Of a DNA stretch of 64,000 bases, positions 1 to 8,572 are shown piece after piece. Where the stretch lies: assembly GCA_946183915.1 (NCBI GenBank), contig CAMHDJ010000007.1, positions 3,782 to 67,781 of the forward strand. Direction: 5' to 3'. How positions within the stretch are numbered: position 1 is the first letter of the stretch; every line of letters begins with the position of its first letter. The notes under the pieces were generated by a model. That model searched no databases, was not told where the DNA came from, and saw only the letters and a list, made by a program, of their open reading frames with translations. Made by a program: the position numbers and the translations under genes. The DNA comes from an uncultured Bacteroidales bacterium (lineage in GTDB: Bacteria; Bacteroidota; Bacteroidia; Bacteroidales; P3).

Positions 1-1
1 C

Positions 2-826
2 ATTTCTTATCTGGAAAGCATCGGTTATATGAAATACACGCTCGACAAGCATATATCCTTATTCAAGACCATTGTGGGTGTGGCAGAACGGCAAGGTCTG
101 CACAACAATCACCTTGCCGCCAGTTATCTCAAAAGTCCTCAAATCAGAGAAGAGGACAAGGCAAAGGAGATTTACCTTACCAAAGATGAGTTGTCAGCCT
201 TGTATGAAATGCCACTCGAAGGGTTTGAAGAACAAGTTAGAGATGTGTTTCTCATTGGATGCTTCACGGCAATGAGGTTCTCTGATTACAGTCGGATAAA
301 AAAAGAGAACATCGGATTTACAAATAGTGGGACAAAGGTCATACGTATCAAACAGGAGAAGACTGCCGGTACCGTAGTCATTCCAATTTTGGACGAAAGA
401 TTGGAGACTCTGTTGAAGAAGTACGATTACAACGTGCCCGAAGTGCTCGACCAGAGTCTGAACCGTACCATCAAGGAAATCTGCAAAAGATTATCGGAAA
501 CGGTTTCAAGCCTCGGAAAGGAAGAGAGAACAGTGCTCAACTTGAAGGAACGTCGTTCAGAGATGGAGGCACGAAAGAAAGGTATAGAGCTTTTTAAGTA
601 TGACGAGCAAGGATTCCCCATTCGCCCAAGATGGGAGCTTGTGGCAAGCCATACGGCAAGACGGTCTTGTATTACGAATATGTATCTCTCAAAGAAGTTC
701 AGTGTTCAACAGATGATGAGTGTGAGCGGACATAAGACCGAGACGATGTTCTACAAGTACGTTAAACTGAGTTTGGATGAATATGCCGACAGTGTGGCAA
801 GTGCTGCTGTGGATGGGTTGTTTTGA
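2..826 (+). CDS. Tyrosine-type site-specific recombinase/integrase, 5' end cut by the window edge
   Basis: The frame is open from base 2, with the first in-frame ATG at 29. The C-terminal catalytic region carries SHTARRSCITNMY and SGHKTETMFYKYV motifs, typical of Bacteroidota integrases. A hairpin terminator follows. Confidence 0.8.
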   Translation: MSYLESIGYMKYTLDKHISLFKTIVGVAERQGLHNNHLAASYLKSPQIREEDKAKEIYLTKDELSALYEMPLEGFEEQVRDVFLIGCFTAMRFSDYSRIKKENIGFTNSGTKVIRIKQEKTAGTVVIPILDERLETLLKKYDYNVPEVLDQSLNRTIKEICKRLSETVSSLGKEERTVLNLKERRSEMEARKKGIELFKYDEQGFPIRPRWELVASHTARRSCITNMYLSKKFSVQQMMSVSGHKTETMFYKYVKLSLDEYADSVASAAVDGLF

Positions 827-833
827 ACAAATT

Positions 834-861
834 AAGGTGTGCAATGCACACCTTTTTTTGT
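834..861 (+). terminator. Rho-independent terminator after the integrase
   Basis: Inverted repeat AAGGTGTGCA / TGCACACCTT followed by TTTTTTTG. Confidence 0.6.
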
Positions 862-906
862 TTGCAGTAGATGGATAATCAGACAATTAAAACGCATTGA
901 ATATCC

Positions 907-977
907 TTGGCCATATCTTGGCCATATTTTGGCTATTTTTTGGGGGGGCCATATCTTGGCCATATCTTGGCCATATT
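907..977. repeat. Tandem array of six ~11-bp units TTGGCCATAT(C/T)
   Basis: Direct reading gives ttggccatatc ttggccatatt ttggctatttt ttggggggg-ccatatc ttggccatatc ttggccatatt. One unit is expanded by a G run. Confidence 0.9.
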
Positions 978-1095
978 TCGGTAGTACAGGCAAGCATTAT
1001 TATATTATTATATATAAATTACACTCTAAATTACGGGAATACAAATTGTTAGATACGGTGAGTAATGCTTTGGGCGCTACTGTTCCGGGCACCAA

Positions 1096-1129
1096 AGAGA
1101 GAAGCAAAAAATGCTTCTCTCTCTTTTTA
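1096..1129. terminator. Hairpin terminator, bidirectional in appearance
   Basis: AGAGAGAAGC, an A-rich loop, then GCTTCTCTCT, flanked by an A-run on the left and CTTTTTAT on the right. Confidence 0.5.
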
Positions 1130-1234
1130 TGTGTCCTCCACAGTCCTTGCCTGCCTTGCCGTCGCCTCCCGCCGGTCGGCCACAGCCCGGATCGAACACC
1201 CTTGAGTATATGTTTTCAATAAGCCGAGGTATAT

Positions 1235-1279
1235 GTTTTCTATATGCTGATGTATAAGTTTTCTATATGCTGATGTATA
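1235..1279. repeat. 23-bp tandem duplication (gttttctatatgctgatgtata x2)
   Basis: Two identical 22-nt copies are separated by one base. The related word tatatgttttc also occurs at 1207 and 1230. Confidence 0.85.
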
Positions 1280-1483
1280 TGGTAACTATAAGGTAGCGCT
1301 ACCCTGACGCAAAGGTGAGGATACCCCCGGCCGAATACCAGTGCTGGCAGATGGATAGTCAACCAATAGTGCATAGCAGGGCAAGCCCAACAACCCCATT
1401 AAACAGTTACACTCAACCTCAAAACACAACATAAGAGCAACCTTGACAAGTCGCCCTTATGTTCATTTATCCATTTGTTTAAG

Positions 1484-3478
1484 TTATCTCATGACAATAA
1501 CCTTTTGTGCTGGCAGGACGCCAATCTTGACTATATACACACCCGACGGCAAGGAATGGTTCTGCACCATGCGCCCAGTGATGTCGTACACCCGCACCTC
1601 TTCATTCGTGATACCCTCGACGCGGATACGCCCATCGAACACGCCTATATGAATGTCGTTTTCTTCTGCATCACCGATGCCCTGTGTGCTACCTGAGACA
1701 AAATAGGCTATAATGGTGGTGTCGCTGGTGACGGCCAGCGTGTAAGGGTTATCGGTGCTGCCCGTGCTCCAGTGGTCGAAACGATAGCCGTCGGCTGGCA
1801 CTGCATTTAGCACAGCGTTATGGTCGGTGCAGGAAGGTGCGGTTAGAACCTGCACGGTACCCATGCTTGTATCGTCCGAAACGGCAGAGAAACCAACCAT
1901 CGTTTCTACATAGTTGGAGAATTGTGGCATTTGGTTTACGTAATATGCTATCCGACCACAAGGTATATACACAGGAATATCTGTTGGAATTCCCTCAAAA
2001 ACATCAGTGCCGAGTTGTGGCGGCATTTGACATGTGATTTTCATTGATGTCAATCCGCTGCAACCAGAGAAAGCACTATTGCCAATACTGGTAACGGAGT
2101 TTCCAATGGTCACAGTTGTTAATCCACTGCATAAGCCGAAGGCCCCCGTCCCGATTTGGGTGACGGAGTTTGGGAATGACACCGATGTCAGGCCTGTACA
2201 TTCATAAAAGGCATAATTGTCGATGTTGGTAACAGAATTTCCAATTGACACCGATGTCAAGCCTGTACAGCCAGAGAAGGCGTAGTTGCCGATGCTTGTG
2301 ACAGAGTTTGGTATTGTTACCGATGTCAAACCTGTACAGTCAGCAAAGGCATCATACCAGATGTTGGTAACAGAATTTCCAATTGACACCGATGTCAAGC
2401 CGGTACAGCCAGAAAAGGCACGATCCATGATGTCGGTAACAGAGTTTCCAATTGTCACCGATGTCAAACCACTACAACCATAAAAGGCCCAAGACCCGAT
2501 GCTTGTGACGGAGTCTGGGATGGTGACGGAGGTCAGGCCACTGCAACCACAGAAGGCGTAGTTACCGATGCTGGTCACCGAGTTGGGGATTGCAAGATTT
2601 GTAAGGGGACTGCCATTGATGTTCAATGAATGGCTATAGATGGTTGGATTGGAGTTTGAATTGTCGAACAATATATTACACCATTGTTCGATAGTTCCAG
2701 TGTAGTTTACCGTGGTCAGCCCGCTGCAACCAGAGAAAGCACTATTGCCAATACTGGTAACGGAGTTTCCAATAGTGACGGAGGTCAGCCCGCTGCAACC
2801 AGAGAAAGCATTATTGCCAATACTGGTAACGGAGTTTCCAATAGTGACGGAGGTCAGGCCACTGCAACCACAGAAGGCGTAGTTACCGATGCTGGTCACC
2901 GAGTTGGGGATTGCAAGATTTGTAAGGGGACTGCCATTGATGTTCAATGAATGGCTATAGATGGTTGGATTGGAGTTTGAATTGTCGAACAATATATTAC
3001 ACCATTGTTCGATAGTTCCAGTGTAGTTTACCGTGGTCAGCCCGCTGCAACCAGAGAAAGCACTATTGCCAATACTGGTAACGTAGTTTCCAATAGTGAC
3101 GGAGGTCAGCCCGCTGCAACCAGAGAAAGCACTATTGCCAATACTGGTAACGTAGTTTCCAATAGTGACGGAGGTCAGCCCACTGCAATTATGGAAGGCA
3201 AATTTTTCGATCCTAGCCACACAATAAACGTCTCCTTCATTATCTTCTACACTATTGGGAATAACAAGATCCCCTGTAGGCTTTGTAAAAACACTCCAAT
3301 CATCAACATGATAAGTATTGGTGCCCGGAGCGACAACTACAACTAATCCTGGGTAGTCGTCCATATATCTATAGTACAATGTTTGCCCAGAAGGTGCAAC
3401 AACTGAAAAATCATATGAGGCAAATGCCGCTTGACTGAATACTAATGCGGCAAACAAAAGTAATACTTGCTTTTTCAT
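1484..3478 (-). CDS. BspA-like leucine-rich-repeat surface protein with a T9SS type-A C-terminal sorting domain
   Basis: Signal peptide MKKQVLLLFAALVFSQAAFA. More than 15 copies of a ~23-aa repeat (IGNSAFSGCSGLTSVTIGNSVTS). The C-terminal tail VRVYDITGRMV...GVYIVKIG...VIVMR resembles a Por/T9SS CTD. Confidence 0.85.
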   Translation of the reverse strand: MKKQVLLLFAALVFSQAAFASYDFSVVAPSGQTLYYRYMDDYPGLVVVVAPGTNTYHVDDWSVFTKPTGDLVIPNSVEDNEGDVYCVARIEKFAFHNCSGLTSVTIGNYVTSIGNSAFSGCSGLTSVTIGNYVTSIGNSAFSGCSGLTTVNYTGTIEQWCNILFDNSNSNPTIYSHSLNINGSPLTNLAIPNSVTSIGNYAFCGCSGLTSVTIGNSVTSIGNNAFSGCSGLTSVTIGNSVTSIGNSAFSGCSGLTTVNYTGTIEQWCNILFDNSNSNPTIYSHSLNINGSPLTNLAIPNSVTSIGNYAFCGCSGLTSVTIPDSVTSIGSWAFYGCSGLTSVTIGNSVTDIMDRAFSGCTGLTSVSIGNSVTNIWYDAFADCTGLTSVTIPNSVTSIGNYAFSGCTGLTSVSIGNSVTNIDNYAFYECTGLTSVSFPNSVTQIGTGAFGLCSGLTTVTIGNSVTSIGNSAFSGCSGLTSMKITCQMPPQLGTDVFEGIPTDIPVYIPCGRIAYYVNQMPQFSNYVETMVGFSAVSDDTSMGTVQVLTAPSCTDHNAVLNAVPADGYRFDHWSTGSTDNPYTLAVTSDTTIIAYFVSGSTQGIGDAEENDIHIGVFDGRIRVEGITNEEVRVYDITGRMVQNHSLPSGVYIVKIGVLPAQKVIVMR
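2529..3170. repeat. Near-perfect 321-bp (107-aa) tandem duplication inside the LRR gene
   Basis: The block starting ggaggtcaggccactgcaaccacagaaggcg at 2529 recurs at 2850. It is identical over more than 230 bp by eye. Confidence 0.85.
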
Positions 3479-3495
3479 GTCGATAAGGTGTTGTG

Positions 3496-3831
3496 CTATT
3501 TTTTAATTGGATTGTTGAAATCAGAGTATGGATGGTCTTCTCTGTAGTTGTTTCGTTCCAGCTCTCTATTTCTTTCTTCGTCATTCAGAATTTCACGTTG
3601 CTTTTGCCTTTTGATTTCTTCCAAGTTGTGGCTGATTTCTATTAGCTCGGAAAGTTCTGCTTGGGAAATGTGAATGGTTTTGTTCGTGTGGAGAGTTATG
3701 AACACATCGTTGTTACCGTTCCTCTCTAAGACATTCCTTTTCATCTTTTCCAGATACTCCTTTTTCTTTTTGGGGTCTTGTTCTGTCACATACAGAGCCA
3801 AAAGTTCATCGAATTCTTCTGCCGTTGCCAT
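3496..3831 (-). CDS. Hypothetical protein (111 aa, highly charged)
   Basis: ORF only, with no recognisable family. It is co-oriented and ends 17 bp upstream of the LRR gene. Confidence 0.45.
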   Translation of the reverse strand: MATAEEFDELLALYVTEQDPKKKKEYLEKMKRNVLERNGNNDVFITLHTNKTIHISQAELSELIEISHNLEEIKRQKQREILNDEERNRELERNNYREDHPYSDFNNPIKK

Positions 3832-4127
3832 ATCTTTACTTTTTTGTTCTCGGCTCGGAGAGGTTTAACTAATACGAAGAAAGTGGAGCCATCCATTTCC
3901 CTAATCTCAGACGTAGGGCTTGGACTCCCTTTTGTTTGGTACAAAGAAGATAAGGTCTGCTGATGTAACTCCACTTGGTGTATTTCGTTGGAATACGAAT
4001 ACAACACAAGTGAGAAATCATTTGCCTTATTCCGTCTTTGTACCTTCGTGAAGTGTCCAAGTTCACGTCTGCGGAATAGAGAAAATGCGCTTTCTCTCAG
4101 TAAACCTTTCCTGGCGGTTTACGGGTG

Positions 4128-4158
4128 CAAATATATAAATTTTATTTTATTTGACAAA
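4128..4158 (-). promoter_or_regulatory. Candidate Bacteroidota sigma-A promoter (-33 TTTG, -7 TATATTTG) on the minus strand
   Basis: The reverse complement reads TTTG, 19 nt, TATATTTG. It lies about 290 nt upstream of the 3496..3831 ORF. Confidence 0.4.
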
Positions 4159-4311
4159 ATTTCGCGAACAAATTTCTGAAACACATCCATCTAAATAACT
4201 GTCATATAGAGTAGTTACAGAACCAAACCATAAACTTCATCAGATTGGAAATCCACGACTAAAGACTCTATTTTTTCTCTAATTCTTCAAGAAATGTATT
4301 CAAAAATAGTT

Positions 4312-4350
4312 CAAAAAAAAAGAAGACCTTGGCGGTCTTCTTTTTTTTGT
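4312..4350 (-). terminator. Rho-independent terminator of the mnmA-to-DUF4159 operon (bidirectional shape)
   Basis: AAGAAGACC, loop ttggc, GGTCTTCTT, flanked by A8 and T8. It starts 6 nt after the stop at 4356. Confidence 0.75.
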
Positions 4351-4355
4351 TTTTC

Positions 4356-5018
4356 TCACTTGTCGTCGGGTTGGAGGAAGGCGTAGCGGACGATGTTGGA
4401 GCCCATGCGGAGGGCCTTCTGGCGGGTGGCCTGACTGTCGTTGTGCACGTCGGGATCCTCCCATCCGTCGCCCAGGTCGCACTCCCAGGTGAAGAAGCAG
4501 ACCAGACGGCCCTCCCAGATAAGACCGTAGCCCTTCGGCGGCAGGTTGTCATGCTCGTGGATCTTCGGCAGGCCGTTGGGGAAGTCGTAGCGCTGATGGT
4601 AGATCGGGTGGCTGAAGGGAAGCTCGACGAATTCCAGCTCCGGAAAGACTTTCTTCATCTGCGGCACCACAAACTCGCGCAAGCCGTAGTTGTCGTCGAT
4701 GTGCAGGAAGCCGCCACCGATCAGGTAATCCCTGAGGTTCTGCGCCTCGCGGTCGCTGAACTGCACGTTTCCGTGGCCCGTCATGTGGACAAAGGGGTAG
4801 TTGAACAGCTCAGCACTGCCCACATCGACCGTGGCAGGCTGCGGGTTGAGGCCCATCTGCTGATCCTGATTGCAGAAGGCTATCAGGTTCTTGAGCGACG
4901 TAGGGTTGGCGTACCAGTCGCCCCCACCGCCATACTTGAGCAGGGCGATCTGGGTTTGGGCACACAGCGGCCCGGCCAGGCCGCCGAGGAGAATCAGTAT
5001 GTTAAGTATCTTATTCAT
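4356..5018 (-). CDS. DUF4159-like secreted protein
   Basis: The start MNKILNILILLGGLAGPLCAQ is a signal peptide. The LLKYGGGGDWYANPTSLKNL and HMTGHGNVQFS motifs are recalled from the DUF4159 family. Its ATG overlaps the rsmE stop (ATGA). The longer 368-aa ORF extension is GC-rich noise. Confidence 0.7.
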   Translation of the reverse strand: MNKILNILILLGGLAGPLCAQTQIALLKYGGGGDWYANPTSLKNLIAFCNQDQQMGLNPQPATVDVGSAELFNYPFVHMTGHGNVQFSDREAQNLRDYLIGGGFLHIDDNYGLREFVVPQMKKVFPELEFVELPFSHPIYHQRYDFPNGLPKIHEHDNLPPKGYGLIWEGRLVCFFTWECDLGDGWEDPDVHNDSQATRQKALRMGSNIVRYAFLQPDDK

Positions 5019-5734
5019 CGGTTGTTGACATAGTTGTATGCCGCCACGGCATAGAGTGCCGCCGTCTCGGTGCGCAGACGGGCCGTGCCGAAGCTGACCG
5101 CCCGGAAGCCGCAGCCCATGGCCTGCTCGATCTCCTGGCGCGAGAAGTCGCCCTCCGGCCCGATGAGCACCACCGTCTCGCGCCCCTGTTCCAGCACCTC
5201 GCCCAGGGCCACGCGCGGCTGATCGTCCTCGCAATGGGCTATGAAGCGCTGGGCGGAGGGCTGATCGGGCAGCGCCGCGAGCCAGTCGCTGAGCTTCACG
5301 GCGGGCCGGATGGCGGGCAACCAGCAGCGGAGACTCTGCTTCATGGCGCTGACGGCCAGCTTCTCCAGCCGGTCGGTCTTCAGGAACGACCGCTCGGAGT
5401 GGTCGCACTGCAGCAGGGTGATCTCCCCCACCCCCATCTCGACGGCCTTCTCCACCAGCCACTCCATGCGCGAGGGGTTCTTGGTGGGCGCCACGGCCAG
5501 GTGGAGAGTGGGTAGTGGAGAGTGGGTAGTGGGTAGCGAACCGACGCTCTCCACCACACAGGCGCGGTCGTCGGCCGTAACGATGCGGCAGTCATACAGA
5601 TGGCCGCAGCCGTCGGTGACGCTGAGCCCGTCGCCCTCGTGCAGGCGCAACACGCGCACCGCGTGGCGGCTCTCTTCGGCGTCGAGGGTGCAGATGCCGG
5701 GCGCCATTTCGGGACAATAGAACAGATTATTCAT
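5015..5734 (-). CDS. rsmE: 16S rRNA (uracil1498-N3)-methyltransferase
   Basis: The 239-aa product starts MNNLFYCPE and carries RHAVRVLRL, a PSRMEWLVEKAVEMGV segment and a LIGPEGDFS motif typical of RsmE. Confidence 0.85.
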   Translation of the reverse strand: MNNLFYCPEMAPGICTLDAEESRHAVRVLRLHEGDGLSVTDGCGHLYDCRIVTADDRACVVESVGSLPTTHSPLPTLHLAVAPTKNPSRMEWLVEKAVEMGVGEITLLQCDHSERSFLKTDRLEKLAVSAMKQSLRCWLPAIRPAVKLSDWLAALPDQPSAQRFIAHCEDDQPRVALGEVLEQGRETVVLIGPEGDFSRQEIEQAMGCGFRAVSFGTARLRTETAALYAVAAYNYVNNR

Positions 5735-7206
5735 TCCTCTTGTTTCATTTCCACCGTGAACTTGACGGCATTTTTGGGTGTAAACTCGTGGGTGCTGAGC
5801 CTGATCGGTATCTTCACCGGCGCGCCGTTGGGGCGGATGGTCCGGATGCCCTTCAGCTCCACCTGGCTGATGTAGCCGATCTCGCGGCGGAGATCCTTCA
5901 GGTTGTCGTGGGGGTCGTAGGCGTAGAGGGCGCCGACCGTCCAGGGCACGATGACGTCCAGCCCGTCCACGCGCAGGTTGGGCCAGCACTTCTCGCGCAG
6001 CTCGGGCCGCGGGTTTTCGGCCGTGTCCTGCAGGTTGACGCGCACGATGTAGTGGTAGCGCGGCGTGAGCTCGAAGGTGCAATGGCGGATCTCGATGTCG
6101 AACGGCGTGTAGGCGTTGTAGCTCGAGCGCACCCGCACGGGGATGTAGTTCTTGAAGTAGCAATGCTCGAACACCGCCTTGCCGTAGAACGAGGTGTAGA
6201 GCGTCTGGCGCCCCTCGAGGGTGCACTCGCGCAGCGTGGCGTCGCGGCCGTAGCAGTGGATGTCGAAGCGGTCCACCTGGCAGTGCGAGAGGAGGGTCTT
6301 GCTGAGGTTGTTCGTGCCGAAGACGCCCCAGTTGCCCCAGGCGTCGACGTACTCGAAGCGACTGTCGTAGAGATTGTTGAGCGAGAAAGCGTAGCCATAC
6401 ACGTCCGGACGCCCCTTGCCGGAGTAGGTGCCCTCCACGCGGATGTCGCGCAGGGTGACGCGTGCGCTGTGGGTGATCGAGAAGATGCCGTCGGCAATCA
6501 TCTTGCTCTTGGGCGTGGTGACGCGCACATGCTCCACCAGCACGTTGTACTGCCCGCTGACGGCGATCAGGTTGGTGCGGTAGGAGCAGCCCGGGGTGCG
6601 GTGCATCGTCAGGTTGCGAAACACCTTCTGCGCCGTGTCGACCTCGACGTATGAGGCCTTGAGGCGCGTGGAGTCGCTGTTCCACGGCATGACGGGCGCA
6701 TTCAGTCCCAGCCCGTCGTGCACCACCAGCAGGTCGTTCCGGTACTGCATGTAGCCGAAGCCGCGCCGCTCGGTCCAGGGGTGCTGGTCGTTGAGAATCA
6801 GCAGGTGCCATCCGGAGGCCAGCTCGGGCACGGCCCGGTAGTCGAGGCCGTCGACCACCTCCTTGTCCAGCGCCAGCGGCATGGCCGCCTGCACCATCGA
6901 GAAGAGGGCCCCGTGGTGTGCATGGTTGGTCACGTAGATCACCAGCCCGCCGAAGTCGGTCTGCGGCCCCAGGGGGATGGACTGCCAGCTGGGCGGCAGC
7001 TCGAGGTGCAGGGTGTCGATGCCGCTGTAGTCCACCGGCACGCCGCGCCGCAAGGCCTCGCAGTGGGCGTTGTAGAGGGCGAAGTAGCGCCCCATGCCGC
7101 TCGCGGCCTCCAGCAGGCCGTAGTCGGCGGGCCTCACCGCCGCCCCTTCGGCCAGAGCCATGGCCGAAAAACACACCATAAACAATACTGCCGCTATCCG
7201 TTTCAT
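5731..7206 (-). CDS. Hypothetical secreted protein (491 aa), possibly beta-helix-like
   Basis: Signal peptide [19 protein letters not shown]. It has ATGA overlaps with mnmA upstream and rsmE downstream. No family is recognised, and the repetitive beta-strand-rich C-terminal half is only suggestive. Confidence 0.6.
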   Translation of the reverse strand: MKRIAAVLFMVCFSAMALAEGAAVRPADYGLLEAASGMGRYFALYNAHCEALRRGVPVDYSGIDTLHLELPPSWQSIPLGPQTDFGGLVIYVTNHAHHGALFSMVQAAMPLALDKEVVDGLDYRAVPELASGWHLLILNDQHPWTERRGFGYMQYRNDLLVVHDGLGLNAPVMPWNSDSTRLKASYVEVDTAQKVFRNLTMHRTPGCSYRTNLIAVSGQYNVLVEHVRVTTPKSKMIADGIFSITHSARVTLRDIRVEGTYSGKGRPDVYGYAFSLNNLYDSRFEYVDAWGNWGVFGTNNLSKTLLSHCQVDRFDIHCYGRDATLRECTLEGRQTLYTSFYGKAVFEHCYFKNYIPVRVRSSYNAYTPFDIEIRHCTFELTPRYHYIVRVNLQDTAENPRPELREKCWPNLRVDGLDVIVPWTVGALYAYDPHDNLKDLRREIGYISQVELKGIRTIRPNGAPVKIPIRLSTHEFTPKNAVKFTVEMKQEE

Positions 7207-8417
7207 AGCTGATTCATCTCCTTTTCCGCCCCGGCCGGCGACAGCGTCGGCGAGGCCGTGATCATGCCCGACGCCACCACCAGGTGGGCGTCGCGGTCGT
7301 AGAGGGTGGCATACTGGCCGGCGGCGATGCCGTGGATGGGCTCCTCGCTCTCGATGCACACCTGCCCGTCGGCCGTGCGGCGAAGCACACCGCGGTGGAA
7401 CTCAGGCGTGTGGCGTATCTTGAAGGTGACCTCGACGCGCTCGAAGTCGCCCCAGAGGTCGGCGCTCAGGTAGTGGAAGCCCGCCAGCGGGATCAGGCGC
7501 CCGTAGGCCGTCGCCGGGTCGTAGCCCTGGCTGACGTAGAGCACGTTGGCCTCGATGTCCTTCTGCACCACAAACCAGGGGCCGCCGCTGAGGTAGAGCC
7601 CCTTGCGCTGCCCGATGGTGTGGAACCAGTAGCCGCGGTGGGTGCCCAGCACGCGGCCCGTCTCCAGCTCCACGATCTTGCCCTCGCGCTCGCCCAGGTA
7701 GCGGCGCAGGAAGTCGTTGTAGTTGATCTTGCCCAGGAAGCAGATGCCCTGCGAGTCCTTGCGGTCGGCGCTTGGCAGCTTGGCCTGGTGGGCGATGGCG
7801 CGCACCTCCTCCTTCATCAGGTGCCCGATGGGGAACATCAGGCGGCGAATCTGGTCGTAGTCGAGCTGCGACAGGAAGTCGGTCTGGTCCTTCACCGGAT
7901 CCAGAGCCGTGGCCAGAAACTGCCTCACCCCCGGCCCCTCTCCTGGGAGGAGAGGGGAGCAGTTACCCCCGCTCTCCGCACTCCGGTCTCCACTTTCCAC
8001 TCTCCACTCTCCGCTTTCCACGTTCCACTTTCCACGTTCCACTCTCGCATAGTGGCCCGTGGCGATGCGGTCGTAGTCCTTGCCGCGGCGGTCGACGAAG
8101 GCGCCGAACTTGATCAGCTTGTTGCACATCACGTCCGGGTTGGGCGTCAGGCCGCGGCGCACGGTGTCGATCGTGTAGCTCACCACCCGCTCCCAGTACT
8201 CCTGGTGCAGGTTCACCTCCTCGAAGCGGCAGCCGTAGTGCCGCGCCAGCCACTGCGTGATCTCTATGTCCTCCTCGGCCGGGCAGTCGATGTAGCCCTC
8301 CTCGTCCTCCATCCCTATACGTATATAATAGATATCGGGCGTGATGCCCTGCTCCTTCAGCAGATGCACCACCACCGAGCTGTCCACGCCACCCGACACC
8401 AAAGCTGCAACTTTCAT
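7203..8417 (-). CDS. mnmA: tRNA 2-thiouridine(34) synthase
   Basis: Starts [16 protein letters not shown] (PP-loop SGGxDS). Also has [16 protein letters not shown] and [12 protein letters not shown] motifs. It contains an extra repetitive segment (see findings). Confidence 0.9.
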   Translation of the reverse strand: MKVAALVSGGVDSSVVVHLLKEQGITPDIYYIRIGMEDEEGYIDCPAEEDIEITQWLARHYGCRFEEVNLHQEYWERVVSYTIDTVRRGLTPNPDVMCNKLIKFGAFVDRRGKDYDRIATGHYARVERGKWNVESGEWRVESGDRSAESGGNCSPLLPGEGPGVRQFLATALDPVKDQTDFLSQLDYDQIRRLMFPIGHLMKEEVRAIAHQAKLPSADRKDSQGICFLGKINYNDFLRRYLGEREGKIVELETGRVLGTHRGYWFHTIGQRKGLYLSGGPWFVVQKDIEANVLYVSQGYDPATAYGRLIPLAGFHYLSADLWGDFERVEVTFKIRHTPEFHRGVLRRTADGQVCIESEEPIHGIAAGQYATLYDRDAHLVVASGMITASPTLSPAGAEKEMNQL

Positions 8418-8449
8418 ACCGTCGTCAAAACAATGATTACCCCCATGTA

Positions 8450-8572
8450 ACGCACCGCCCCCCCGATTTATTGCCCCGCCGCGCGGAAATCTTGCCTGCG
8501 GCCGCCCCACGGCCACCCCACGAGCACCCCCTGGCCACCCCCTGCCCCCACCCCTAACCCCCTGTCGCCCAC
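8450..8572. repeat. C-rich degenerate ~11-bp periodic tract
   Basis: Reads ccacggccacc ccacgagcacc ccctggccacc ccctgccccca cccctaacccc. It lies in the divergent region between mnmA and the 8712 gene. Confidence 0.7.

Larger units (their letters stand above)
1..4311. mobile_element. Terminal part of a low-GC island (integrase, tandem arrays, LRR cargo gene); left end lies outside the window
   Basis: Composition is visibly AT-richer than everything from about 4330 onward. The region holds a tyrosine recombinase and ends at the hairpin terminator of the adjacent high-GC operon. Confidence 0.4.

Noticed and set aside
1130-1205. GC-rich patch with ggatcgaacaccc, considered as a tRNA 3' fragment or att site
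   Set aside because: No complementary T-stem or acceptor stem could be drawn around the TTCGATC-like word on either strand, so there is insufficient evidence for a tRNA remnant.
839-1222. 127-aa plus-strand ORF downstream of the integrase
   Set aside because: It spans the integrase terminator, the 11-bp tandem array (peptide WPYLGHILAIFWGGHILAISWPYFG mirrors the repeats) and a second hairpin terminator, so it is unlikely to be coding.
5019-5462. N-terminal extensions offered by the ORF track for DUF4159 (to 5462), rsmE (to 7174), the 491-aa protein (to 7359), mnmA (to 8600), ftsW (to 18396), the 59982 gene (from 59745), the 59413 gene (from 57817) and apbE (from 51999)
   Set aside because: The extensions are Arg/Gly/Pro-rich, overlap upstream genes or a terminator, and precede clear signal peptides or conserved N-termini. 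The internal ATG starts give ATGA-coupled operon structures.
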